From: Geosiphon pyriformis uo1
Lineage: Eukaryota; Fungi; Glomeromycota
Reading direction: 5' to 3'
Assembly: GCA_016748015.1 (NCBI GenBank)
Contig: JAAOMT010000430.1
Coordinates: forward strand, 152,232-216,231
Length of the DNA stretch: 64,000 nucleotides
Shown here: positions 51,305 to 64,000 of the stretch, piece by piece
Layout: each line of letters starts with the position of its first letter
How positions within the stretch are numbered: the first letter of the stretch is position 1
Made by a program: the position numbers and the translations under genes
Notes under the pieces: model-generated
Told to the model about the DNA's origin: nothing
What the model saw: only the letters and a program-made list of their open reading frames with translations
Databases searched by the model: none

Positions 51305-51888
51305 TATTATAAGTAATTATTTGGGGTTTTAAAGCAAATAACAAATCCATAAATAACTAATATGGTTGGTATTATTTAAAGGTTTTGGTTATCTGAAGGT
51401 TTAAGTTGAGTTCTTTGTATAATAGACAGAAATCTTAATTGATAGTTTTATCCATAACTTTCTGAATCCACAGTTTTGTTGATTTTTTTCATAGTGTGAT
51501 GACCAGTAATCCTCTTGGTAAGATATCTTCAATTCTAAGTATCTATTCTTATTTCTAAGTCTTTTACCAGTGCTATATCCTGACATTAGTACCTTTGCAT
51601 GTAATTTTTTTAATCAAGTTAGCAAAAATAACAACAAAATAAAACAAGAAAAAAAAATAAAATAAAAAGTAAGCCAAGGCAATTTGCATGTTAGTATCCC
51701 ATCAATAACCATGATTAAGAGCTATTGTTCTTGTGTAGTTAAGTATCAATTATTATCAACATAAAGTGTTAATAGTGGGGAATGGATTAAGACATTGAAT
51801 AATTATTTATTGATATTTATGAATAGAAGAGTTGCTTAGATCAAATCTAAACTGAGAGGTCCCTCTTTTCTACTTTTAATACTACTGC

Positions 51889-52725
51889 TGTTACTTATAG
51901 AAAAAGAAAACAGATATAGAAAAATAGTAAACCAATAAGAGAGTAGTAGTTAGCACATGAGTGTATTGCTCAGCAATGTGGAGCAATATCAGAAATCATG
52001 GCATATTGCTTAGCAATATAGAGCAATGTGGAGCAATGTCAAGAAAATATGGCACATTGCTCAGCAATGTGAGCATTGCTTGAAGAAATTATAGCACATT
52101 GCTTGAAAATGTGAGCAATCTCATAGAACCCAAATTATGTATATATAGTGGTAGCATTAGAAGTAGAAAAAACAAACCTCTCAGTTTAGATTTGATCTAA
52201 GCAACCTTCCATTCACAAATATCAATAAATAATTATTCACTATCTCAATCCACTCTCTACTATCAACACTTTATGTTGATAGTAATTGATACTTAATCAC
52301 ACTAGAACAATAGCTCTTGATTATGGCTATTGACAAAATACTAACTTGCAATTGCTTTTGTTTATTTCCTTATCTTCTTTTATTTTCTTTTATTTCTTTT
52401 GTTATTTCTTTGGTTTTACTAAATTGATTAAAGATTAAGCACTGAGATACAGACTTCATAAGGACTGGTAAAAGACCCAGGAAACAAGGATAGAACACTT
52501 ATGGATTTGAGGATAGCTTACCAGAAGGATTACTGGCCACCACACTGAGAAAAAAATTCGATGAAATTGCAATTCCAGGAGACTATTGAAACAACTATTA
52601 AATTTCTGTTTATTATACAAAAAACTTCACAACAAAACCTTTAGATATTAACACCAGAATACCAACCAAGCACCAAGTTACAGATTTGTTATTTGACTTA
52701 AGACCCCAAATAATTATCTGTAATA
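51889..52725 (+). repeat. 5' LTR of element D
   Basis: TGTTAC start; CCAAT; CACATTGCTCAGCAATGTG array; TATATATA. Confidence 0.93.
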
Positions 52726-52727
52726 TT

Positions 52728-52744
52728 TGGTGCTCCCTGTAAGA
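52728..52744 (+). promoter_or_regulatory. Primer binding site TGGTGCTCCCTGT(A/G)AG, resembling the complement of an elongator tRNA-Met 3' end
   Basis: Starts after a 2-nt spacer from the LTR; same motif in elements F and B. tRNA assignment is by recalled resemblance only. Confidence 0.6.
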
Positions 52745-52787
52745 TATAATTTTACAGAGAACAGCACCAATCATAATCATTCAAACA

Positions 52788-55700
52788 GTGGCAGAATCTG
52801 AAGAAATAGGAACAAACCATTTAAGATTTGCAAAATCTTTATTCCAACATTATTATACTCATTTTGGATTAATAAATAATAGTTGGCTAACAGAATCAGC
52901 TTTCAATTGCTATGTCAATAAAAGAATAGTATATTACTTGGGAGGCCAAAGAGATCCAAAATCCGCCTTTAACAACTTTTTCAGTGAAATGCTCCAAAGC
53001 ACCACCCTCCCACAAAACTACCTATTTGCACCCCTAATTACAGAAATAAACAGAGAAATTGAAAAATACACCAAACAGAGATTTTCTATCATGTTTGCCG
53101 ACAAAGAAAAACAAAAGCTACAAACACCAGCAAGAACACCAAAGCAAATCCAACTACCCATTTGGAAGAAACAAAGATTTGATTTATCTGCTAACCCATT
53201 ATATCACTACACACCCGGAAGCACTATCAATATAATAAGCACAGTTACAACAAGTGCAACAACGCCATTAAACAGAATCCCATTTTAAAGTAAACAAAAG
53301 AAAGCAGAGTTATTAGGAATATATGACAATTATTTTGAGGAATTTAAATCACGATTCCCAATGCCATCAGGAATTCAATTACTACCACCACAACCAGATT
53401 TCAGAGCCATTAGTCCTTGAAAAATAACTGACTCTGAGGAAAAAGAGAGTAGTAATCAAGAAGTTAATAAGCAAAACCCAATTCTAGAAAATTCAGAAAT
53501 TAAAACTCTGGTTAATCAAACTCCAGAAAATCAGAATAATCAAAACCCTGACATAATTAATCAACACTTATCTTCAGTAATCATGATCAATCCACCACCA
53601 GCTCCACTAAATACCAAACAGCAACAACAGCCACAACTGCTACTTCAACAACAAATCTAGCAGCAACCACAACAACAACTAATGGCTTATATTCTAATTG
53701 CCAAAATCAAGAAATTTACTGGCAAAGAGGATAATGCCCAAGTATGACTCAATGATGTGGAAAAAGCCATTACAGCCAATGAATGGAACAATGACAGAGC
53801 CCTTCAAGCAATCTCTTATTTTCTACAAAATATTGTTAACTTGTGGTATCAGAGTTTAGTTGTTAAACCCCAAACATTCCAGGAATTCAAAACTGCATTC
53901 TTAAGATATTTCAGTAATAACAACACATTAATTGCTTAGCCAATACCTTCATCACAATTAAACAGGGAGAAACTGAAGCAGTTACTATTTACTTGGAATG
54001 TTTCCACAAGAACTTGCACCAAATTCAAGCAATCCAAGCTAACTATTTTACAGCACCACAGATTCTAAATTAGTTTATCTATGGACTGCGCAGTAGCCTA
54101 CTCCAATGAGTATGCCCAATGTACTCACAAACTCTTCAAGATGCAGTCACCAATATGAGAGATTTTGAATTGGTAGAACTTGAAGCAAATCATGCCCAAG
54201 CCGTTAATCTAGTAATGAATGGATCATCTGAACTGGATTCCAAATTAAAACAATTTGGTGATTCCATCAATCAGAAATTAGAGAGATATTTAGCTGACAA
54301 TTGTGCAATTTATTAATCTCTTCAATAACACAATAATCAAGGAAACGCAAATTGTTTTCAGAATTAATTGTGCCTGTCAACATCATTTAATCAGCCATAG
54401 CAGCAAGAAATGCGTATCTACCACTATTGTGGTAAACAAAGACATCTGAGAATCAATTGTCAGTTAAGAATAGAAAACCAATGATTGAAAAATCAATATC
54501 AAAACTCTGATCACAGGTTTCTAACTCCAAGTTATCAATTAAACTTAGCAGTATATCAACCAAATTACATATTTATGATGCAGCCGCAAATTTATCAACT
54601 TCCAATTTATCAATCAACAACACCTGTCATCTATTAACTACAACCACAACCAATTTATCAGCTGTAGTCACAACTTATTTATCAGCCACAGCCTTAGGTA
54701 ATTTATCAGCCCCAACAAAATCAAACACCACCACAAAACTTACCTCAAAGTAAAACTCAAAGACCAAGATTGACCCAACAGAGCTGGAGATTGTTGATGG
54801 TGGTCCATTAACTAATCTCCAGTTCCATGGCACAACCATCAGGATCTCAACAACAGAATTTGGGCACCGAATACACCCAAAACCCAAATTCCCAGAACTA
54901 TTTAAGTCTCCTGGTTACTCCAAAAGATGCCCAATCCAATAATCTGGAAACCAACCAAAACAAATTACTTATCAGTAATATACCTCCAGCTGCCAGTACT
55001 GAAGACAAAACACTAGCTGCCATATTTCTTTTTGATTTCAATAAAATTACACCAGTCCCATTATTTAGTAGAGCCACTCTGGACACCAAACCAATTATGG
55101 CCATGTATATCGATGCTAAAGTCAATGGCTACTCTATCAAGCTAATACTTAATAGTGAATCAGCAGACAGTATAATCACATGACAACTCATAGACCAATT
55201 AGGTTGCCAAGTTAATCACACTGTCAGTACCAAAATTATCATGGCTGATAGAGCTATAAAGACTCCCATTGGTGAAATAGATAACTTCTTATTTGAAGTT
55301 AATGGTCTCATCATATCAATAAAAGTACTAGTCATGGAAGCCACCCAATACCAAGCTTTAGTTGGTAATAACTGGCTGTCCAAAACAAATATGCTGCTTG
55401 ACTGGACCACCCAAGAGTTGCAAATCAGCCAAAACGGCCAACACATGCAAGTACCAGTCACATGTGGTTACTTCAAACCCATCACCACACCATCAGCACC
55501 ACTTATCAAATTTGAAAAAAAAAAGAGAAACCTACCTGGGAGGTATACCAAGTCTCTTGGGCCAATGCAGATCACAACGAGCTATTACTGATACTCTCTT
55601 GAAATAACAAAGGAAAAAGGAAAAAAAACAAAGAACTTATCTAGAATACCAACCAAGTCTGGAAAACTGATAATGACCAGAACAAATCAGCAAAATGGAA

Positions 55701-58700
55701 GTGAGAAAAAATTGATAAGAGAAAGAGAAAAGAGAAAGAAGAAGAATCCATTCTCACCAGCAGCACTTATAGTTCATATGCTTACATTTTATCACAACTA
55801 TCCAATTACTGTCGACCAAAATTAGAATGTGTCAATTGTGGCAAGAGATTGTTGTCAATAGGTGCTTGCTGTGACAACGATAAAGAATATGCCATGGCAA
55901 CAAAATTCTATTGCCATCCATATATTATAGAACACTTTGGATGACCAAAATAACAAGGGAAGTGGGACAACCAACTGTGTTTCACATGTAGAACTATTTT
56001 ACCTGACGAAGAAATGTGGAAAGATATTCCTAGGTGTGGAAAAACATGTGACATGATATGTCAGTATATGATCTTAATCAATGACTGGATAAGCAAAGGA
56101 ACACCAATTGATGATGTCTGGAAACAAGCATTGCAATGATTGGAAGAATATCTCTACGACAAAGATAAACTATGGAAAATGATGAGTGTAAAAGCAGAAG
56201 GTGTGACAACTAATAAACTCTGGAAATTAAAAATAACCCTTTATCTTTTCCTGAACCCAAATACATTCAAACTTTTGACATTTTTGGCAACATGGAGGAT
56301 GATCCAGAAGAATTTTATGAACATTACCAGCAATTAGCACTCATGAGAGAAGAACAAAAGCAGCATTTAGAGCAGTTGAATACTTGATTATGTCAACATT
56401 GCTTAATTTTCTGTGACTTTTAATATTGTAATAAGTGTGACCTTATTTACAATCCACCACCACACATGATCTACATGATCCCAGAAGAAGACAAACCAAT
56501 CAGCAGCTGCATAGTGGAATCAAAATCAACTTTTAACTCCAATTCAAACTCCAACAATGATGACAACAAAAACAATAGTTCTAGCTCTACTCAATACAGC
56601 AACAAAGATAACAATAATTTGGACTCCAGTTTAAACTCTGAAACATATATTGCTCTCCCTGACCTTACCAAGGAGCAGGAACTGAAATGGTTTAGCAATA
56701 ATAATAAAAGCATCATAACTGAATGCGCGCATGATACTAATGCAGGGTTTGATCTGAGATATCCCAGAAAAGATTCCATCAAATTGGAACCCCACTCGCA
56801 CATATGCATTGATCTCAAAATAGCATTAGAAATTCCAGCAACAACAATGGTTCAACTAGTGTTTAGGAGTAGTTTAGTGAAAAAAGGAATCAACATCAGA
56901 AAAGAAATAATTAACACAGGATACATAGAAAATATCATTGCTATGCTACAAAACGACTCAGAAAAAGCATATAACATAGATCCAAATGAAAAGATAGCAC
57001 AGACAATATTTTTGCTTTTAGTGAAAATAGTGCAGTTAGTATTAGTGGGAAACAGGGAAAAATTAGGGATTACTGGTAGAGAGATACAGAAATTTAAATT
57101 TATGGGGAGAATAAACATACCAGTTAATATGGTAGAGAAAAAAATTATTGACAAAGAAGAAATTATTTCAACCCATCAAACAATCTCTATTCCACCATAT
57201 GACCAGTATATGTTAGCTATAAAAAGAAAAGTAAAGAATTAGGCTCAGTTGTTTGAAGCAGAAGCCACTATTTGCAAATCCAGAGAGATTGGACTCACTA
57301 ATCTTTATATATCAGCCAAAAGCCCCAAAAACATTAAAATTCCCATCTATAACATAACAGAAAGTGTTATTAAAATACCAAAAAGAACTATTATTGGATA
57401 TTTAACTACTAAAGTTGAAAATCAACCACCAAATTATATTCCAAATTTTCCACAGCTTTGTGGATATGTGAACATTACATTACAAACCATCTATGGACAA
57501 AGTGAATGTTATCAGCTCCAATCAGAACAATTGGAACAAATAAACATGAAGAATCTAGACCCATTTCAACAGATGCAACTAAGAATGTTACTCAACAATT
57601 TCAATAACATCTTTGCTAATGAAAATGAATTTGGCCACACCAACATTATTCAGCATCAGATTAAAACTGGAGATGCAATGCCAATTAAGCAAAGAGCATA
57701 CAGAGTACTACCAGTTAGCCATGAGATCATTCATCAAAAAATCAATCGAATGCTTGACAACAGGCTAATTCAGCTATCAATAAGTCCATAATTGTTATCA
57801 GTGATACTAGTCTGGAAGAAAAATGGGAAAATCTGCTTTTGTGTAAATTACTGAAAACTGAATGGAATAACCAAAGAAGATAGCTATTCAACTCCAAAAA
57901 TCCAAGAACTATTTGATGCTTTTGGAGGAAACAAATGGTTTTCAATATTAGATCTAAATAGTGGTTACTGACAAGTAGCCATGGATCCAGCTAACAAAAA
58001 AAAGACTGTATTTACAACAAGAGAAGAGAATTTTGAATTTGAAGTCATGCCATTTGGCTTGATGAATGCTCCAGCAACATTCCAACAGCTTATAAAAATC
58101 ATCTATATGAGATTACTATGGAAATTAGTAGTCATATACTTAGACAATACAAATGTATTTTCCAAGACATTTAATGACCATCTACATTATCTTTAACAAG
58201 TATTTGAAAGATTGAGAAGAGCAGGATTGAAGTTGAATGCAAACAAATGCTTCTTTGAGAAAACTAAACTCAAATTCTTGGGACATGTGGTAAGCAAAGA
58301 CGGAATCAAAATGGATCCAAACAAAATTGAAATTGTCAAGAACTTTCCAGCACCAAATAATCTCACAGAATTAAGAGCATTCTTGGAATTTGCTGGATAC
58401 TACTGCCACTTTATCAAAGACTTTTCCAAAATAGCTCAACCACTACATCAGCTTCAAACAAAAAACACCAAATATGAATAAACAGAAACACAGCAAGAAG
58501 CTTTTGATACACTAAGAAAAAAGCTTATTCAAGCTATGGTACTGATCTATCCGGATTACAGCAAGCCATTCATTATTACCACTGATGTATCAGACCAAGC
58601 ATTGGAAGCAGTACTATTACAAAAAAAACCAGATGGAAGAGAGCATTCAGTAGCTTATGCCAATAGAAGCTTAAGTCCAGCTGAAAAGAACTATAGAACT

Positions 58701-58939
58701 CTAACACTAAAACACTTAGCTATCTATTGGGCTGTCATCAAATGGAAAAATACTTGAGTCAAAAGTTTGATGTGTACACTGATCACAAAGGATTGACTTC
58801 AATCCAGAAACAAAAATTCGGAGACAATCACCATGTCAGATGAAAAATAGAACTTTCACTATTCAATTATACAGTACATTATAAAAAGAGAAAAGACAAT
58901 GAAAATGCTAATAGATTGTTGCAAATGAGACAAATCTAA
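52788..58939 (+). pseudogene. gag-pol: Element D Gag-PR-Cys-dUTPase-RT-RNase H polyprotein remnant (GTG start)
   Basis: KLILNSESADSII, NAGFDLRYP, RSSLV, EKIAQ, FEVMPFGLMNAPATFQ, VIYLDN, ITTDVS; stop codon 58937-58939. Confidence 0.9.
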
Positions 58940-58968
58940 AACATTTCAACTCAAAAATATAACAAAAA

Positions 58969-60349
58969 ATGAATATACAAAAATACCAACAACTACAACA
59001 TTATATAAATACTTAATTGTTCAAGAAAAAATTATCTCAAAAGAAACAAAAAGACATAAAACAACAATTTAAATATTTTATCAACCATCAAAATATACTT
59101 TACTGAAAGAACAAAAAAAATCCAGATCAACCAACCAGAGTAATTACAGAATCAGAAAAGGAGACAATATTATTCAATATGCACTCAGATCTAACAACAG
59201 GATATTTTCATAAAGAAGCAACCATTAAAAAAACCAGAAAAAGATACTATTGGCCATCAATGTATCCAGACATTATCCAATACATTCAAAATTGTGATGC
59301 TTGTCAAAGAAGAGGTGGAACAAAACCCAATGAACCATTAAAACCAATCAAAGTGGAACAACTATTTGATCAAATTAGAATTGATCTAGTCGGACCATTA
59401 ACAATAACCAACAGAGACAACAGATACATTGCAGTAGTCATAGACTATCTGACAAAATGACCAGAAGCAAAAGCAATTCAAAGAGCAGATACAGAATTTA
59501 TTGCCAAATTTGTTCATTAAAATTTGATTTATTAACATGGATGTCCAAAATAACTATTATCAGATCAAGGAACTTACTTTATGAATAGAACATTGACAGA
59601 ATTAAGTCAAAGATTTGGAATCAAAAGACCATTGTCATCACCATATCATCCACAAATTAATGGATTAGTAGAAAGATTCAATAGAACACTGTATGAAGCA
59701 ATTGTTAAGATTAGTCAAGAAAACCAGGATGAATAGAATTTGTTTATACCATCAGTATTATTTGCTTATTGGACAATGAAGCAAGACATTACACAAGCAA
59801 CACTATTTGAATTAGTATACAATAGAACAGCAACATTACCAGTTGAGATAGAAGTCAATATTTATCCAGTAGAACCAATAACTGAAGATAATTCAAGAAA
59901 CGTTGCTAAGAAAAACATATGACTTGATGGAAACTTTAAAAAACAAGTGACAAAGAGCAGCTGATAATATTCAAAAGTCACAAGAAAAACAAAAAAAAAG
60001 ACATGATAACCAACTACTAGATAAACCAGTTGAATTTAAGATTGGAGACAAAATACTTTTACATCGCACCAAAGCGGAAAAACAATAGAGTGAAAAATTC
60101 AACCCCAAATGAAACAGACCATTTCACATAGAAGAAATTCTTAGAAATGAAGCTTATAAATTAAGATGGAACAATAAAATCTTAGCCAAAGCAGCATATG
60201 GTGATCAACTGAAACAATATCACCAGATAACATTATCATTCACCAATAACATTTGACAACTGGAAGTACAAAGAATACTAGTTCAACCAAATGAGATTCC
60301 ATAAGATCTGGAACCAATTATAATTATTGGACCAAACACATCAAATTAA
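58969..60349 (+). pseudogene. int: Separately encoded integrase of element D
   Basis: MNIQKYQQLQHYINT... 29 nt after the RNase H stop; MHSD...YYWP...CDACQRR, IDLVGP, SDQG, NGLVERFN. Confidence 0.88.
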
Positions 60350-60408
60350 ATAACTAAAAGAGTATATAAAAACACAGTACATACAACAAAAGCAACCAAG
60401 AAAAAAAA

Positions 60409-61045
60409 ATGGAAATACCAGATTATATTCACATTATAGCTCAACAACTGTTCCAGAGCTTAAGTCAACAATAGTTAAACATGGAAATTGTTATTAACAA
60501 ACAAATAATTTGCTATCGAAACACCCAAAGAAAGACAAAGAATATATCATACCAGCAACCACCAAAGAACAATAAAAACTAGACAGATAACTTAATAGAA
60601 AAAGTAAAGAACACTTTTGAGAAAATACCTGTTATGACACCAACAGAAGAGCTTATAAAAGAAAATTGAAAGCAATGAACAGAATGACTTCCAATATCAT
60701 ATTGCTACTATTAATTAGATCAAAAGTTGAATATTCAGGAATTGTATATCGACAAATCCAAGAAAATATTCAACCAAGACATAATACAACAAATTGAAGA
60801 ATTTATCAGAAAGAAAACAAATTCAACACTACATGTTAAAACAATTGTACTAACTACACAACATATTTCGGAACTATCCAGAAATACTGTTACACTCTAA
60901 CATGAAAACCATAACCATTAACCAATAGAAAAGAATGAACAATATACAAGTAGAAAACATGAGAAACAGAGTCGAACAAACAATACTTGAAAAAGAAGTA
61001 TTAGAATTAATTCAAAACAAAAATTTCAATGGAGCTCAATATTAA
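60409..61045 (+). pseudogene. ORF3 of element D (~212 codons)
   Basis: TATATAAA 60363-60370; MEIPDYIHIIAQQLFQSL...NFNGAQY* followed by the PPT. Confidence 0.75.
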
Positions 61046-61059
61046 AAAGAAGGAGATAA

Positions 61060-61925
61060 TGTTACTCATAGAAAAAGAAAACAAATATAGAAAAATAGTA
61101 AACCAATAAGAGAGTAGTAGTTAGCACATGAGCACATTGCTCAGCAATGTGGAGCAATGTCAAAAATTATGGCATATTGCTTAACAATATGGAGCAATGT
61201 CAGAAATCACAGCACATCATTTAGTAATATGGAGCAATGTCAAAAAAATATGGCATATTGCTCAGCAATGTAAGCATTGTTTGAAGAATTATAGCACATC
61301 ACTTGAAAATGTGAGCGATCTTATAGAACCCAAATTATGTATATATAGTGGTAGCATTAGAAGTAAAAAAGACAGACCTCTTAGTTTAGATTTGATCTAA
61401 GCAACCTTCTATTCACAAATATCAATAAATAATTATTCACTATCTTAATCCACTTTCTACTATCAATACTTCATGTTGATAGTAATTGATACTTAACTAC
61501 ACTGGAACAATAGCTCTTAATCATGGCTATTGATGGAATACTAACTTGTAATTGCTTTCATTTATTTCCTTATTTTCTTTTATTTTCTTTTATTTCTTTT
61601 GTTATTTCTTTGGTTTTACTAAATTGATTAAAGATTAAGCACTAAGATACAGACATCATAGAGACTGGTAAAAGACCTAAAAAACAAGAATAGAACACTC
61701 ATAGATTTGAGAATAGCTTACCAGGAGGATAACTGGCCATCATGCTGAGAAAAAAATTCGATGAAATTGTGATTCTGAAAGGCTACTGAAACAACTATTA
61801 AATCTCTGTCCATTATACAAAAAACTCCACAACAAAACCTTCAAATATCAACACCAGAATACCAACCAAGCACCAAGTTATGGATTTGTTATTTGACTTG
61901 AGACCCCAAATAATTATCTATAACA
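61060..61925 (+). repeat. 3' LTR of element D
   Basis: Direct repeat of 51889-52725; ends TAACA. Confidence 0.93.
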
Positions 61926-63589
61926 CTGCTATATATACATAATTGAAATTTCTCAATTCCTTGATTTTTTACACCAGAAATCTTGAAATTTCTGGAATTC
62001 TGCAATTCTTCTTGAGAGAAATTCTGGAATTCTGTAATTTTTTATATGAGAATTCTGAAATTTCTGGAATCTTGCAATTTCTCTAAGAAAAATTCTGGAA
62101 TTTTATATTTACTATGGCTACTTCTGATTGGCTAATTTATATGCTAATATACTTCTTATATTCTATGAGTAATATTATTCTCTTCTTTTTAATATTGAGC
62201 TCTATTGAGATCTCCTAATTCTAATTCTCTGTCTTTGAGTATTTTTTGAACTTTTTTTTTGAGAATTACTTGAGTTATCTTGTTTTGTAATTCTTCAAAT
62301 TGAGCATTGGTTATTTTTCTTATTTAGTTAACAATAATAGTGTCTATTGCTGAATTAAGTAAGATTTTTGGCCTTTTTTTGAAATTTGACTTGTAATTGA
62401 TAGATAACTTATGCTTGTGTAGTTATATTGTTCTTTTTTACAAATTGTTTAAGTTGTTGTAATATTTTTGTGTTGAATAATCACTTTGTTTTATCTGATA
62501 TAAGTTTTGAATATTCAAGTATTGTCCCAAGTGAAAGTAACAAAAGTTTCTTGGAAATTGCTGTGTCCACCAATTCCATGTTTCTATCATCAACTCTAGA
62601 TATTGGGTGACTTTTGGCTGTACCTCTATTACCAATTTTACCTTGGTGATTATTTTTCCAATAGTGTTTTCTGTTTTTCTCTGTATTTTATCTTGTGGTT
62701 TTTTTTTGGTGTTTTTGTATCTAATGGTCTATTGATTAATTGTAATTTCCATTTCTTGTTGTTGGAGTTTGAATCAGGATTGAACTGTAATTCCGATTCC
62801 AATACACAGCTGCTGATTGGTTTGTCTTCCTCTGGAATCATGTAGATCATGCATGATAGTAGATTGTAAATAAAGTCACACTCATTACAATATTGAAAGT
62901 CATAAAAAATCAAACAATGGTTACATAGTCATGTATTTATTTCTTCCAACTGTTGTTCTTGTTTTTCTCAAGTGGGTGCTAGTTCTTGGTAGTGTTCATG
63001 AAATTGTTTTGGGTCTATAGGTTCTAAAACAATATTTGAATTTAGGCTTCAGTTAAGTTCTATGGATTCTGGTAGATTGTTTTTGATCATTCTTATTTCT
63101 TCTGGTGATGCTTCTTTAATTTTGGTGAGTGTTATTTGCCAGATTTCATTATTATCATGTAGACAACTGTCCAGACATTTTACTGCTTTTCTTTAAACAG
63201 CTTCTATGGAAGTTTTTTTTTTTATCCAATTACTAATTAGAATCATGTATTGGCACAATTCATCACAAGTTCTTCCTCATTCAGAAATGTTGTTCCACAT
63301 TCATTCATCCAACAGAGTTTTTCTACAAATGAGACAAAATTTATTGTCCTATTACCTTGTTATTTTGGTTATCCAAAGTGTTTTAGTATGCATAGACAGC
63401 AGTAGAATTTGGTTGCTATAGAGTATTCCTTATTGTCATTACAGCACACATTTATTGATATATACTAGTTTTAGTTGGTAATAATTAGTTGGTTGGAGTA
63501 GGGTATAGGTGTATAGACTATAAGTGGCAGTGGTAATTGGTATTGGCTCCTCTTTTTTCTTTTTTTTTCTTTTGTTATTTTTTCTCCAT

Positions 63590-64000
63590 TGTTACAGATG
63601 ATTATTTGGGGTCTTAAATCAAATAACAAACCCATAACTTGGTGCTCAATTAATAATGTGGTTGGTAATATCTAAAGGTGTTGTTTATCTGAAGGTTTTG
63701 TTGTGGAGTCCTTTGTATAATGGATAGAAATTCAATTGTTGTCTTTCTAGTAGCCTCCCAGAATTGCAATTCCATCAAATTTTTTTCTTAGTATGGTGGC
63801 CAATAATTTGGTAGAGATGCTCTTCTGATAAGCCAAGGCAATGAATATTAGTATCCTGTTAATAGCTGTAATCAAGAGCTATTGTTCTAGTATGGTCAAG
63901 TATCAATTACTATCAACATGAAGTGTTGATAGTGAAGAGTGAATTAAAATAGTGAATAATTATTTATTGATATTTGTGAATGGAAAGTTGCTTATATCAA
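63590..64000 (-). repeat. Family-A LTR 3' end inserted into element E (runs off the window)
   Basis: TGTTACAGATGATTATTTGGGG is the reverse complement of the LTR end at 4352-4373. Confidence 0.85.

Larger units (their letters stand above)
51889..61925 (+). mobile_element. Full-length, gap-free LTR retrotransposon D (~10.0 kb)
   Basis: LTRs 51889-52725 and 61060-61925; TSD CTGC at 51885-51888 and 61926-61929; PBS 52728; PPT 61046-61059. Confidence 0.95.
51305..63589 (-). mobile_element. LTR element E, internally deleted: 3' LTR (51305-51888 + 61926-62174, split by D), PPT, ORF3, Cys-rich domain
   Basis: LTR halves rejoin across TSD CTGC; PPT 62175-62188; junction near 62755 fuses the pre-dUTPase linker to ORF3. 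Confidence 0.85.

Noticed and set aside
51955-52125. CRISPR-like or RNA-gene-like short palindromic repeats
   Set aside because: Irregular spacing, no unique spacers, no cas genes; they lie inside LTR U3 in a eukaryotic context.
52255-52345. Hammerhead ribozyme in the LTR double-hairpin region
   Set aside because: Two hairpins are present, but I could not find a CUGANGA/GAAA core in the right arrangement, even allowing for decay.
60409-61045. ORF3 as env, or a chromodomain at the integrase C-terminus
   Set aside because: No signal peptide, transmembrane segment or furin-like site is visible in ORF3; IN ends ...DLEPIIII with no chromodomain aromatic pattern.

Overview
Eukaryotic, almost certainly fungal, transposon-dense window. 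The AT-rich style and element types suggest Glomeromycotina/Mucoromycota; this is an inference. Most of the sequence is nested retroelement DNA decayed by C>T/G>A mutation. There are parts of at least nine Ty3/Gypsy-type LTR insertions from three LTR families. Three are full length: B 29302-50141(-), C 35726-46408(+, youngest, inserted inside B) and D 51889-61925(+). There are also four copies or fragments of an RNase-H-bearing LINE. The only intact, CpG-retaining host gene (13795-15751, 2 introns) encodes a coiled-coil + PD-(D/E)xK nuclease-like + protein-kinase (Crinkler-type) protein. Comparing the independent LTR elements shows a shared, unusual retroelement design: (i) one in-frame Gag-PR-Cys-rich domain-dUTPase-RT-RNase H polyprotein that begins at a conserved GTG, not ATG; (ii) integrase as a separate ORF with its own ATG 10-30 nt after the RNase H stop; (iii) a non-env ORF3 with its own TATA box whose stop codon abuts the PPT; (iv) 4-bp TSDs; (v) a conserved palindromic-loop hairpin in otherwise dissimilar LTRs. 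Seven 20-N gaps with shuffled or duplicated flanks are assembly artefacts.
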